A stretch of 64,000 nucleotides of DNA from Chloroflexota bacterium. GTDB taxonomy: Bacteria > Chloroflexota > Dehalococcoidia > Bin125. The DNA lies in the NCBI GenBank assembly GCA_028873865.1, contig JAPPNI010000030.1, forward strand, positions 85,268 through 149,267, written 5' to 3'. Shown piece by piece: positions 41,870 through 50,802 of this stretch. The position numbers and the translations under genes are program-made. A model generated the notes under the pieces. The model searched no databases. It was not told where the DNA came from and was given only the letters and a program-made list of their open reading frames with translations. Each line of letters starts with the position of its first letter. The stretch's first letter is position 1.

Positions 41870-44203
41870 TCAGCGCGGACTGATCGGCTGTGGAGGCGGC
41901 TCGCCAGCTGACTGCCTCGCTGTTAACCCCGCCACGATGCCGCTCTCGATCAACTCCTCGATCGCCGAGTCATCGAGGCACAACACCTCGTTGAGAATCT
42001 CGACCGTGTGCTCGCCCATCCGAGGCGCCGGTCGCAGACATGATGCGGGCCGCCGGCGCAGCCGCCAGGGGAATCCCTGATATTGACGAGTACCGCTATC
42101 GGGATGCGTCAGATACAGCCACCAATCCCGAGCCGCCAGGTGCGGATCCCGTAGATGGGTCAGGGTCGAATGGACAGCCGCCGCCGGCACACCGACCGCC
42201 TGCAGGCGGTGCTGCAGCGTCAGCGCGTTCCAGCTGCGAGTCCACTCGCTCAGGGCAGACTCCAACGCAACCTCATCGGCTTTGCGACCCCTCGCCGTCC
42301 GCCACTCGGGACGATCGATCCCGGCAACCTCTGCAAGCCGCAGCCAGGTTTCGTCGCCTCGAACCGAAATCGCGATCCACTCGTCGTTACCGTCGACGCC
42401 ATCGGCGCAGCGGAAGCACTCGTGTGGCGCCGCGTCTGGTATCCGATTCCCATCACGCGCCGGCATCTCCTGCCCCGCCGAGGCGGCCAGAAGATATTCG
42501 TCGATGTATGCGACCGCGGACTCAAACATCGAACCTTCGACATGTACGGCCGCGCGTCCCCGCTGCGCCTGCCACGCCGCCGCCAGGGCCGAGGCCGCCA
42601 TCTGCGCGCCGACGATCGGGTCGGCCTGCATCGTGCCCAGCATCACCGGCTTGTCGCCCCGGTAGCCAAGTAACAGATCCCAGCCCGCGTTGCCCTCGGT
42701 CGTGCCGCCGTTGGCGCGGAAGTTGTCGTATGGACCGCCGGTGCCGAAACCGGAGAAGGAGACCAGTGCGATATGCGGATTGACCTCGCGCATGTGCTCG
42801 TGGGTCAGCCGCAGGTTTTGCAGCACGCGCGGACGAAAGTTCTCCAGCACCACGTCAGCGCGAGCGATCAAATCGAGCGCCAACTTGCGTCCCTTGTCCG
42901 TATCGAGGGCAATCGAGATCGTTCGCTTGCCCCGATTGGCCATGTTGAAGTTGGGCCGCACATTCAGGGGATGCGCATCCGGTGAAGCGACCCGCATCGG
43001 ACCGCTCGCCTCGTAGCGCCAGAGATCAGGGCGCTTCGGCCCCTCCACCTTGATCACCTCTGCGCCCAGATCGCTGAGAAGTCCCGACGCGTACGGTCCC
43101 AGCCATGCATGGGTGAAGTCGACCACGCGCAAACCATCGAGCGGTCCCGTCGAACGTTCAGGTTGCCGCCGCTGCGCGAATCGGTCCGTGCGCTCCGCCT
43201 GCCCCTCAACTTCCGTGACACGCATCGCTCGGCCGGCTCCGGTGAGACCGTTGTTGTCGCGAAAGAAATCAATCGCCTTGAGCTGCGGATCCTCTAGCAG
43301 TTGCTGCGCCGAGCGGTGCATCGCCATCACCGAGCCCAGCTCCGACAGCTTCGCCCAGATCGTCGCCGCATCCAGCGACTCGACGATTGGCCGCACATAC
43401 TCCAGCGACGGTTCTCGTTCGGCAAAGCGTCCTTCACCTTCCAGCAGTTCACTTGGAGGTGGATCACAGCCGAAGGCGATCGGCGCATTGCGAAGCGTCT
43501 CCCTCGACCAGGGCGAGAGCGTGATGTAGCCGTCGGCCGTCTCCATCACCTCAGCCCAGCCTGGCGTCCCTCCGACTCGTAGCAGCGCCTCGCCCGAGAA
43601 CTCCGAACGCAGCGACATGATCAGGGTTGAGACAGCCTCGTGCGACGACAGCTCAATCCACTCGCCCCGGCCTGAGTGCAGACGCTCGAGCAGCGCCGCA
43701 AACGCCGCCACGGCGCCCAGGATGCCAATCGCCCGAGGAATGATCGCCGCTGGAGCGGCCAGCGGCTCCTGCGGCGCGACGCCATTCGTCCCGGCAAAGC
43801 CCGACAACGCCTGGATGATCAGGTCGTCGGACAAGTAGTCGGAGTACGGACCGTCGGTCCCAAACGGCGACGAGTGGACGACAATCAACTCCGGGAACTC
43901 GCCAGCGATGCCGTTCAGTTCCGCAAGCGGCGCGTCCGTCACGAACACATCCGCAGCGGAGAGCTTGGCGCGCCAGTCGCCCGATCCAGGTGACTTGCCG
44001 ACCATCAGCGACTCACGCAGCAACGAAACAGTCTCGCCGTCTCGTTCGATCGTCGGCGCGGCAACCTTCAAGCGCGAATCTTCGGCTTCGAAGACCGAGA
44101 CCCGCGCTCCCCAGCGCGCGAACTCAAGCGCGCATGCCGCCGCAGGTACGTCACGGCTGTACTCGACGACGCGGATGCCGCTCAGCAGATTGCCGTCCGA
44201 CAC
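41870..44203 (-). CDS. family III CoA-transferase (CaiB/BaiF), single-chain tandem fusion of two CoA-transferase domains
   Basis: Two consecutive CoA_transf_3 N-termini (GIRVVEYSRDVPAAACALEFARWGARV and LDGLRVVDFTHAWLGPYASGLLSDLGAEVIKVE); 777 aa against ~400 for a single domain. Confidence 0.8.
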   Translation of the reverse strand: MSDGNLLSGIRVVEYSRDVPAAACALEFARWGARVSVFEAEDSRLKVAAPTIERDGETVSLLRESLMVGKSPGSGDWRAKLSAADVFVTDAPLAELNGIAGEFPELIVVHSSPFGTDGPYSDYLSDDLIIQALSGFAGTNGVAPQEPLAAPAAIIPRAIGILGAVAAFAALLERLHSGRGEWIELSSHEAVSTLIMSLRSEFSGEALLRVGGTPGWAEVMETADGYITLSPWSRETLRNAPIAFGCDPPPSELLEGEGRFAEREPSLEYVRPIVESLDAATIWAKLSELGSVMAMHRSAQQLLEDPQLKAIDFFRDNNGLTGAGRAMRVTEVEGQAERTDRFAQRRQPERSTGPLDGLRVVDFTHAWLGPYASGLLSDLGAEVIKVEGPKRPDLWRYEASGPMRVASPDAHPLNVRPNFNMANRGKRTISIALDTDKGRKLALDLIARADVVLENFRPRVLQNLRLTHEHMREVNPHIALVSFSGFGTGGPYDNFRANGGTTEGNAGWDLLLGYRGDKPVMLGTMQADPIVGAQMAASALAAAWQAQRGRAAVHVEGSMFESAVAYIDEYLLAASAGQEMPARDGNRIPDAAPHECFRCADGVDGNDEWIAISVRGDETWLRLAEVAGIDRPEWRTARGRKADEVALESALSEWTRSWNALTLQHRLQAVGVPAAAVHSTLTHLRDPHLAARDWWLYLTHPDSGTRQYQGFPWRLRRRPASCLRPAPRMGEHTVEILNEVLCLDDSAIEELIESGIVAGLTARQSAGEPPPQPISPR

Positions 44204-44216
44204 AGGACGAATCCCT

Positions 44217-45029
44217 CTAGGAGTTGCCCGGCTTCTGCAACTTCGCCAGCGCCTGTGCGACAGGCGAGAGCTGGCGTTTGCCCTGCATCATGCGCGGGTC
44301 GGGCAGGCCGAACCGAGCGCCGGTGGCGTAGGTCATAAAGCTGGCGTTGATGTGCGTGGTGAACCCTTGAGCGTCCTGCATGTTGTTGATCGAGTGCTTG
44401 ATCTGGCGCAGCGACATCGGCGTCCGCTGGGCGACCTCGCCCGCATAGGCCAGCGTCTTCCGCTCCAGCGCCTCGGCCGGATAGACCTGGTTGACGAATC
44501 CCAGTTCCTGAGCTTCACGAGCCGGGATGAACCGGTTCTGGAACAAGATCTCCTTCGCCTTGCGCACGCCCAGGTCCCACGGCGCCGAGAAGTACTGCGT
44601 GTGCGAGGGCAGGAACAGCGCGTCGTCGGAGGCGAAGATGAGATCCATCGAGGCGGCCACCATCCAGCCGCCGAAGATGCATTTGCCATGCACCATCGCG
44701 ATTGTCGGCTTGGGATTGTTGCGCCAGCGCATCGTGTTCGCAATGCGGGTGTCCCGCTGACGGTCGAACACGCCGACGAAATCCTCTGCCCAGCCGCGAA
44801 TCTCGCGATCGGCGATCTCAGATGGCGAGCCGAGATCGTGCCCGGCGGAGAAGTCGGGGCCATTGCCCGAGAGCACGATGACCAACACCTCGGGGTCGTC
44901 CGCCGCCTCTTGGAAGGCTCGGTCGATTTCCTCCAGTAGCACGCGCGACTGCGCGTTCCGGTACTCAGGCCGATTCATGATCACGCGAGCCACCGGTCCC
45001 GGCTCGTAGACCACCTCGTGATACGTCAT
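44217..45029 (-). CDS. enoyl-CoA hydratase/isomerase family protein
   Basis: VARVIMNRPEYRNAQS ... GPDFSAGHDLG are crotonase-fold motifs. Confidence 0.8.
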   Translation of the reverse strand: MTYHEVVYEPGPVARVIMNRPEYRNAQSRVLLEEIDRAFQEAADDPEVLVIVLSGNGPDFSAGHDLGSPSEIADREIRGWAEDFVGVFDRQRDTRIANTMRWRNNPKPTIAMVHGKCIFGGWMVAASMDLIFASDDALFLPSHTQYFSAPWDLGVRKAKEILFQNRFIPAREAQELGFVNQVYPAEALERKTLAYAGEVAQRTPMSLRQIKHSINNMQDAQGFTTHINASFMTYATGARFGLPDPRMMQGKRQLSPVAQALAKLQKPGNS

Positions 45030-45093
45030 GGCATCCTCCGCTCAGCGGGTCTGGACAGATAACAGTGCGAGGCTATCAGCGAACATTGGGTGA

Positions 45094-45894
45094 TCAGACG
45101 AACGCTTCCAGGAGGAGCACTTCGACGACTTGATTGAATTCGTCCGGCAGCTCCCAGTAGACGCTGTGCCCCGCCTCCGGCACTTGGATGTACTGCGCGC
45201 CCGGCACCATCTGGGCGGCGCGTTCGATCAGTTCGGCTGGAATGATCGCGTCTTCCGCGCCGGCCAGGAAGATTGTCGGCATCGTCAGGGCCGACAGTTC
45301 ATCCTTGGACACCGCCCCGTCTTCTTGTCCGAACGCCAGCGGTTGATTCGGATCGAGCGGTGGATTCAGCCCTCGGATCTGGTTGTACAGAAACACTCCA
45401 TTCGGTTCGCGCTCGAGGTACGCGGGACCGACCATCCGCGTCAACCCGCCCTGGTCTTGGTTCACCTGCGCCGACTCGACCGCCTTGCGCATCTCCTGGA
45501 CCAGCTCCGGCGCATCGATTCCGAGGAAGGTGTCGGCCATCAACAGTCCCTTGACCCGCTGCGGATTGCGCACGGCAAACGGCAGGATTGTGAAGCCGCC
45601 CATCGACTGACCGACCAGCACCGCCTCGGGAATATCAAGCGCATCCATCAACTCGCCCAGGTCGCGCGAGAACGCTTTGCGCCCTTCGCCCGAGTCGTCG
45701 CGGCTGCGTCCCCAGCCACGCACCTCGTACGTCACGCAGCGGTAGCGGTCGCGGAAGACCGGAATCTGCTGCCACCAGCTCAGATGATTCCCGCCTGCGC
45801 CATGCACGAAGACGATGGTCCCCGGACCGTCACCGAACTCGTCATAGATCAATTGTCCACCGGTCACATCCAGCGTCTGTGCCATGTCGTCCAC
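45094..45894 (-). CDS. alpha/beta hydrolase
   Basis: HGAGGN ... GQSMGG nucleophile elbow (GxSxG). Confidence 0.8.
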   Translation of the reverse strand: MDDMAQTLDVTGGQLIYDEFGDGPGTIVFVHGAGGNHLSWWQQIPVFRDRYRCVTYEVRGWGRSRDDSGEGRKAFSRDLGELMDALDIPEAVLVGQSMGGFTILPFAVRNPQRVKGLLMADTFLGIDAPELVQEMRKAVESAQVNQDQGGLTRMVGPAYLEREPNGVFLYNQIRGLNPPLDPNQPLAFGQEDGAVSKDELSALTMPTIFLAGAEDAIIPAELIERAAQMVPGAQYIQVPEAGHSVYWELPDEFNQVVEVLLLEAFV

Positions 45895-45973
45895 TCCTTG
45901 CCGCTGAACTCAGTACCCATCAGGCGCGCATCGGACTAAACGCTACTCTCTTGTCAGGTTGAGAGGTGCGGGA

Positions 45974-47032
45974 ATGGCCTTTGAGTACACCGGCGTCGAT
46001 TTGCCGATTCGGGAGAAGACGATCGCCTCCCAACGCATGAGCTGGGAGATGATCGCCAATCCCGGCCGCTGGTGGACCGGCGCGGAACGCGTCGAGATCG
46101 CGAGAATCGGACGTGCGGCGCGAGACTTCGAGGCAGTCGGTAGCGAGATCCTGCCCGAGGCCGCCGTCTACTCAATCCAGAAGCTGGTCGTTGACAACGC
46201 CAACCTCAACCGCGAGTGGTACGACGAGATCATGGCGTCCGAAGGCATAACCGAGGACCGGTACGTCGAGCTGGTCGCGGTGGTCGTCCACTCGTTCTCG
46301 ATCGACGAGTTCCATCGCGCCCTCGGCCTCGCCCTCGAACCACTGCCCGACCCCGTGAGTGGCGAACCCACGCGACAACGACCGGCTCAGGCCGAGCAGC
46401 GCTACTCCTGGCCGCCGATCGTCCCCAAGGCTGGACTCAACCCCGGCGACGAGATGCTCTATGGACCAATGGAGTGGGGCGCCAACGTCATCTCTGCGCT
46501 CTCCCTGATTCCCGAGAACGTGCGCTGGCTGCACGATCTCTCTGAGGGCCACTACCTCTCCTTCGCCGAAATGCGCCAGCCCGACCCGCTGCGGGCCATC
46601 TCTCGCTCGCAGATCGAGCTGATCGCGGCCCGAGTCTCGGCGCTCAACGAATGCTTCTATTGAACCGCCTCCCACGTGCGCATGCTCCGTGAGAGCAGCC
46701 AACGCAGCGGAACCATCGACAATCTCAACCTCCAGGGCACGGTCAATCCCGACGCCGACAGCGGCGTCCCCCAGGGCAGCCTGCTGACCGCCTTCGCCGA
46801 GGCCGCCGTTCGCCAGACCGACGCTCTGCCCGGCCTGCGCGATCAGATCGTCTCGGAGCTCGGCGTACAAGAGCTCGTTGACGCCGCCGGCGTCGTGGCC
46901 AACTTCCAGCGCATGGTTCGGATCGCCGATGGCTGCGGCATCCCGCTCGACGAATTCACCAAAGACGCAACCGACGATGTCCGCGACGAACTTGGTATCC
47001 ACGAGTACGCGTCGGCCGCCAATACGGCATAG
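45974..47032 (+). CDS. AhpD/CMD-family putative selenoprotein (copy 1): ORFs 45959..46663 and 46676..47032 are in one frame, joined by UGA 46661-46663 read as selenocysteine (NECFY-U-TASH)
   Basis: Both ORFs are in the same frame. A single TGA sits exactly where the second Cys of the CMD/AhpD motif N-x-C-x-Y-C-x-x-x-H belongs. A paralogue shows the identical arrangement, and a hairpin follows 19 nt downstream. Confidence 0.55.
46683..46697 (+). other. SECIS-like hairpin (UGCUC-CGUGA-GAGCA) 19 nt after the UGA of copy 1
   Basis: Folded by eye; the GU-containing apical loop matches the bacterial SECIS pattern. Confidence 0.3.
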
Positions 47033-47047
47033 AGCTCGGAGTTCGCC

Positions 47048-48142
47048 ATGACTACGACGACTGCCTCGTTCGCGTACACCAGCACCACTTGGCCTGTGCT
47101 CGATCGAATGGCCGCAGCGCACCGGCGCAGTTGGAAGATGCTGGCCGCGCCCGGAGAGTGGTGGACCGGCGCCGAGCGGATCAGTATCGCTGCCGAATGC
47201 CGACGCGCCTCGGCGCGGGTGGATGGCCTGCCCGATCCCGGACCTGGACCGGCCGAACTGCCCGAGGCCGCCGTGTTCGCCATCCACAAGCTGATCGGCG
47301 ACCTACCCAACGTCACCCGCGACTGGTACGACGAGACCATCAGCGCCGAGGGCATGTCCGACGCGCACTACATCGAGTTGCTGGGCGTCGTCGTGCACAT
47401 CTGGTCGGTCGACGAATTTCATCGAGCGCTGGACATCGACCTGGAACCGCTCCCTGAGCCGCTCGCGGGTGAACCGACGCAGATTCGTCCCACAGGGGCA
47501 AAGGCGCACGGCAGTTGGCCGCCGACGGTCTGGCCGGACGACCTGGATGAACGGGACGCGGACATCTACGGCGGCGCCGATCGCGCTGCCAACGTCCGCG
47601 CCGCGATGAGTCTGCATCCCGACAGCGTCCGTTGGCTCACCGATCTGTTCGACGCGCACTATCTGAGCTGGATCGAGATCCAGGCGGTGCAGGAGCCGTT
47701 CCGCGTCCTCACCCGCCCCCAACGCGAGCTGGTCGCGGCCCGCGTGTCGGCGCTCAACGAGTGCTTCTATTGAACGATCTCCCACGTGATGCTGCTCGGT
47801 CGGAGCAGCGAAGGCAACGACGCGCTGAACCTCAACGGAACGGTGCGCAATGAAGTCGACAGTGGAGTCGAGCACGGAGAAATCCTGTTGCGCTACTCCG
47901 ACGCGGCAGTCGGCCGAACTCCGGATCTCAGGGCCGCGCGTGACGCGCTCGACATCGCCATGGGACCCGACGCCGTCGTCGATTGCGCCGCAACCATCGC
48001 CAACTTCCAGAGAATGGTGAGAATCGCCGACGGCTGCGGCATCCCCCTGGACCCGTTCTCCAGAGAGGAATCCGCGAAGTGGCGAGACGGCCTCGGGATC
48101 GACGATTTCCGCAGCCGAGGGAACACCTTCGACGAGAACTGA
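47048..48142 (+). CDS. AhpD/CMD-family putative selenoprotein (copy 2): ORFs 47048..47773 and 47786..48142 are in one frame, joined by UGA 47771-47773 (NECFY-U-TISH)
   Basis: Same architecture as copy 1 with conserved context around the UGA, followed by a 7-bp-stem hairpin. Confidence 0.55.
47791..47809 (+). other. SECIS-like hairpin (GCUGCUC-GGUCG-GAGCAGC) 17 nt after the UGA of copy 2
   Basis: Perfect 7-bp stem with apical loop GGUCG; the position relative to UGA fits a bacterial SECIS. Confidence 0.4.
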
Positions 48143-48149
48143 GCGAGCG

Positions 48150-48638
48150 TTACTCGATCGTCCGCAGCAACCGCGCGATCTCAATCGCCGCCTGCGCCGC
48201 CTCTTCGCCCTTGTTGCCCGCCGAACCGCCTGCCCGCGCCATCGCCAGGGCGACGGTCTGCGTCGCCAGCACCTCGAAGATCACGGGCACTCCGGTATCA
48301 AGGCCTACCCGCGCGATCCCCTGCGTCGCGCCGTCGACGACCAGTCGGTAGTGGTCTGTTTCCCCCAGGATCACCGCACCCAGGCAGATCACGGCGTCGA
48401 AGCGCCCGGTGCGGGCGCATTTCTGCGCCGCGATCGGGATCTCGAATGCGCCCGGGACCCAGTAGATGTCGATCTCGTCCGTGTCGGCCCCGTTCTCCTC
48501 GAGGTGATCGATGCAGCCATCGAGCAGCTTGCTCGTCACGAAGTCGTTGAACTTGCTCACCACCACGGCAAAGCGCAGACCGCTGGCTGGACCATGCTCG
48601 GGGTCGGGATTCGCGGCGCCGTCGTGGACTCTTGGCAT
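48150..48638 (-). CDS. ribH: 6,7-dimethyl-8-ribityllumazine synthase
   Basis: LRFAVVVSKFNDFVTSKLLDGCIDHLEENG...DIYWVPGAFEIP matches the RibH family. Confidence 0.9.
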   Translation of the reverse strand: MPRVHDGAANPDPEHGPASGLRFAVVVSKFNDFVTSKLLDGCIDHLEENGADTDEIDIYWVPGAFEIPIAAQKCARTGRFDAVICLGAVILGETDHYRLVVDGATQGIARVGLDTGVPVIFEVLATQTVALAMARAGGSAGNKGEEAAQAAIEIARLLRTIE

Positions 48639-48655
48639 GGTCGTCGGCTCGCGAC

Positions 48656-50026
48656 CTAGCCGATGGCCGCTCGGCGCGTGGGCGGATGCCCATCGTCGCC
48701 CGGATCGGTTGCCGCGATGTCGTCGCTGTCGAGCAGATGTCCCATCTTCTCCTGCTTGACCGACAGGTAGCGGACGTTGTGCGGATTCGCTGAGGCGATC
48801 ACCGGCACCCGCTCGACAACTTCCAACCCATAACCGGCCAGACCGTGACGCTTGGCCGGATTGTTGGTCATCAGTCGGATCCGGTGCACTCCGAGGTCGC
48901 GCAGAATCTGCATGCCGATTCCGTAGTCGCGGCGATCGGCCGAGAAGCCCAGCGCGAGGTTGGCCTCCACCGTGTCCATGCCCTGATCCTGCAAGGCATA
49001 GGCGGCGATCTTGTTGTGCAGACCGATCCCGCGGCCCTCCTGCGCCATGTAGACGATGACCCCCCGTCGTTCCTCGGCGACGCGGCGCATGGCGAGCTCA
49101 AGCTGTTCTCCGCAATCGCAGCGCTGCGAGGAAAAAACGTCGCCGGTCAAACACTGGGAGTGGACCCGGACCAGCGTGGGCTCACCGCCGTCGACATGCC
49201 CCATCACCAACGCCACGTGCTCCTCGGAGTGGTCTCGCGTGCGATAGCCGAGCAGCCGCCAGGTACCCATCGGGGTCGGTAGCTTCGCCTCCGAGACCCG
49301 CTCGACGAGCTGCTCCGTGCGTAGTCGGTACTGAATGATCTGTTCGACCGAGACGATCTTGATCTTGTGTCGCCGAGCGAAGCGCACCAACTCGGGCAAG
49401 CGCGCCATGTCGCCGTTGCGCTTCATGATCTCGCAGATCACCGCCCCCGGCTGCAGACCGGCCAATCGGCACAGGTCAACCGACGCCTCCGTCTGACCGG
49501 CCCGAACCAGGACCCCGCCCTCGCGCGCCCTGAGCGGGAACATGTGCCCCGGACGCACCAGGTCCTCTGGCGTGGAATTCGGATCCATGAGCACCTGAAC
49601 CGTCCGCGCCCGGTCCGGCGCCGAAATCCCCGTCGTTACGCCCGAACGCGCCTCGACCGAGACCGTAAAGGCCGTTCCCAGCGGAGCGGTATTGGAGTCG
49701 TGCTCAACCATCAGGCGCAGGCCCAGTCGGTCGAGAATGTTCCCGTCCATCGCTACGCAGATCAGGCCGCGCCCGTGAGTAGCCATGAAATTGATCGTGT
49801 CCGAGGTCACGAACTGCGCCGGCAGCGCCAGGTCGCCTTCGTTCTCCCGGTCCTCGTCGTCCGTGATGATTAGCGGCTCACCCTGGGCGAACGCCTCGAT
49901 CGCTTCCTCGACCGTGCAGAATGGCGATTTCCGTCGGCCGCTGCTGGCTCGGCGCGCGCGCCGTGGTTTCTTCGCTTCGCTGTTGGTCGAAGAATCGGTT
50001 GCCGGGGAAGTCTCGGCGTCGGTCAT
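48656..50026 (-). CDS. ribBA: bifunctional 3,4-dihydroxy-2-butanone-4-phosphate synthase / GTP cyclohydrolase II with a basic N-terminal extension
   Basis: DHBP synthase domain (DDEDRENEGDL) and GCH-II domain (C-x2-C-x-C zinc site CLTGDVFSSQRCDCG). Confidence 0.9.
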   Translation of the reverse strand: MTDAETSPATDSSTNSEAKKPRRARRASSGRRKSPFCTVEEAIEAFAQGEPLIITDDEDRENEGDLALPAQFVTSDTINFMATHGRGLICVAMDGNILDRLGLRLMVEHDSNTAPLGTAFTVSVEARSGVTTGISAPDRARTVQVLMDPNSTPEDLVRPGHMFPLRAREGGVLVRAGQTEASVDLCRLAGLQPGAVICEIMKRNGDMARLPELVRFARRHKIKIVSVEQIIQYRLRTEQLVERVSEAKLPTPMGTWRLLGYRTRDHSEEHVALVMGHVDGGEPTLVRVHSQCLTGDVFSSQRCDCGEQLELAMRRVAEERRGVIVYMAQEGRGIGLHNKIAAYALQDQGMDTVEANLALGFSADRRDYGIGMQILRDLGVHRIRLMTNNPAKRHGLAGYGLEVVERVPVIASANPHNVRYLSVKQEKMGHLLDSDDIAATDPGDDGHPPTRRAAIG

Positions 50027-50661
50027 TGCGCTTCGCCTCCAGGGGTCTGGCGTGCGCCAAGCCGCTCGTCGAGAAGCTGCTCGATCTTCGTCTCAAGCAG
50101 CTCGTCAACGTAGCGCGCCAGGATGTCCGTCTCGAGATTCACTGCGTCACCCGGTTGTTTGTCGAGGAGATTCGTGTGTTCCTGAGTGTACTGAACCAGT
50201 GACACAGCGAATCCAGCGTCATCCTTGTCAATGATCGTCAGCGAGACGCCGTCGATGCACACCGGTCCTTTGACGATCATGTGGCGAAGCAGGTCGGACG
50301 GCGCGTCATAGGTCACCACGATCGCGTCGGACTCGGGTCGGGTGTCTCTCAGAGCGCCGCGTCCCTCAACCACCCCGCGCACGAGGTGGCCGGATAACCG
50401 GTCCATGGGCCGCACCGATCGCTCCAGGTTCACCCGGTCGCCGACCTTGAGTTCGCCAAGATTGGATCGGCGATAGGTTTCCGGCATCAGGTTGGCGAGA
50501 AACTGGCCGGACTCGATATGGGTCACGGTCAGATCGACGCCATTGATCGCGATGCTGTCGCCCAGGTTGGCGTCTTCGAGGATCATCGGCGCGGAGATCC
50601 GCAGCAGCCCCTCGGCGGCTTCAGTGATCCCCCCGACCTCTTCGATGATGCCCGTGAACAT
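50023..50661 (-). CDS. ribE: riboflavin synthase
   Basis: MFTGIIEEVG N-terminus and two lumazine-binding repeats; 4-nt overlap with ribBA. Confidence 0.9.
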   Translation of the reverse strand: MFTGIIEEVGGITEAAEGLLRISAPMILEDANLGDSIAINGVDLTVTHIESGQFLANLMPETYRRSNLGELKVGDRVNLERSVRPMDRLSGHLVRGVVEGRGALRDTRPESDAIVVTYDAPSDLLRHMIVKGPVCIDGVSLTIIDKDDAGFAVSLVQYTQEHTNLLDKQPGDAVNLETDILARYVDELLETKIEQLLDERLGARQTPGGEAQ

Positions 50662-50802
50662 TCGCGCTGCCTCCCGGGTGAGCCTCCGTCGCGCTCAATG
50701 CTAACCCGGACACGCGCCCACAAACACATAACGGGCCGCAGCCGGCCAACCGCAGCGCCTCGGACTGTGGAACAAATGCTACGGATGAAGAGTCCGACGA
50801 TA

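Noticed and set aside
50662-50802. Possible FMN (RFN) riboswitch in the ribD-ribE spacer
   Set aside because: Reading the minus-strand RNA by eye, the conserved RFN blocks (CCGACCGGCGGUA, GCCGACAGU, AAGUCUGGAUGGGAGA) are absent. Only generic GC-rich pairing is present.
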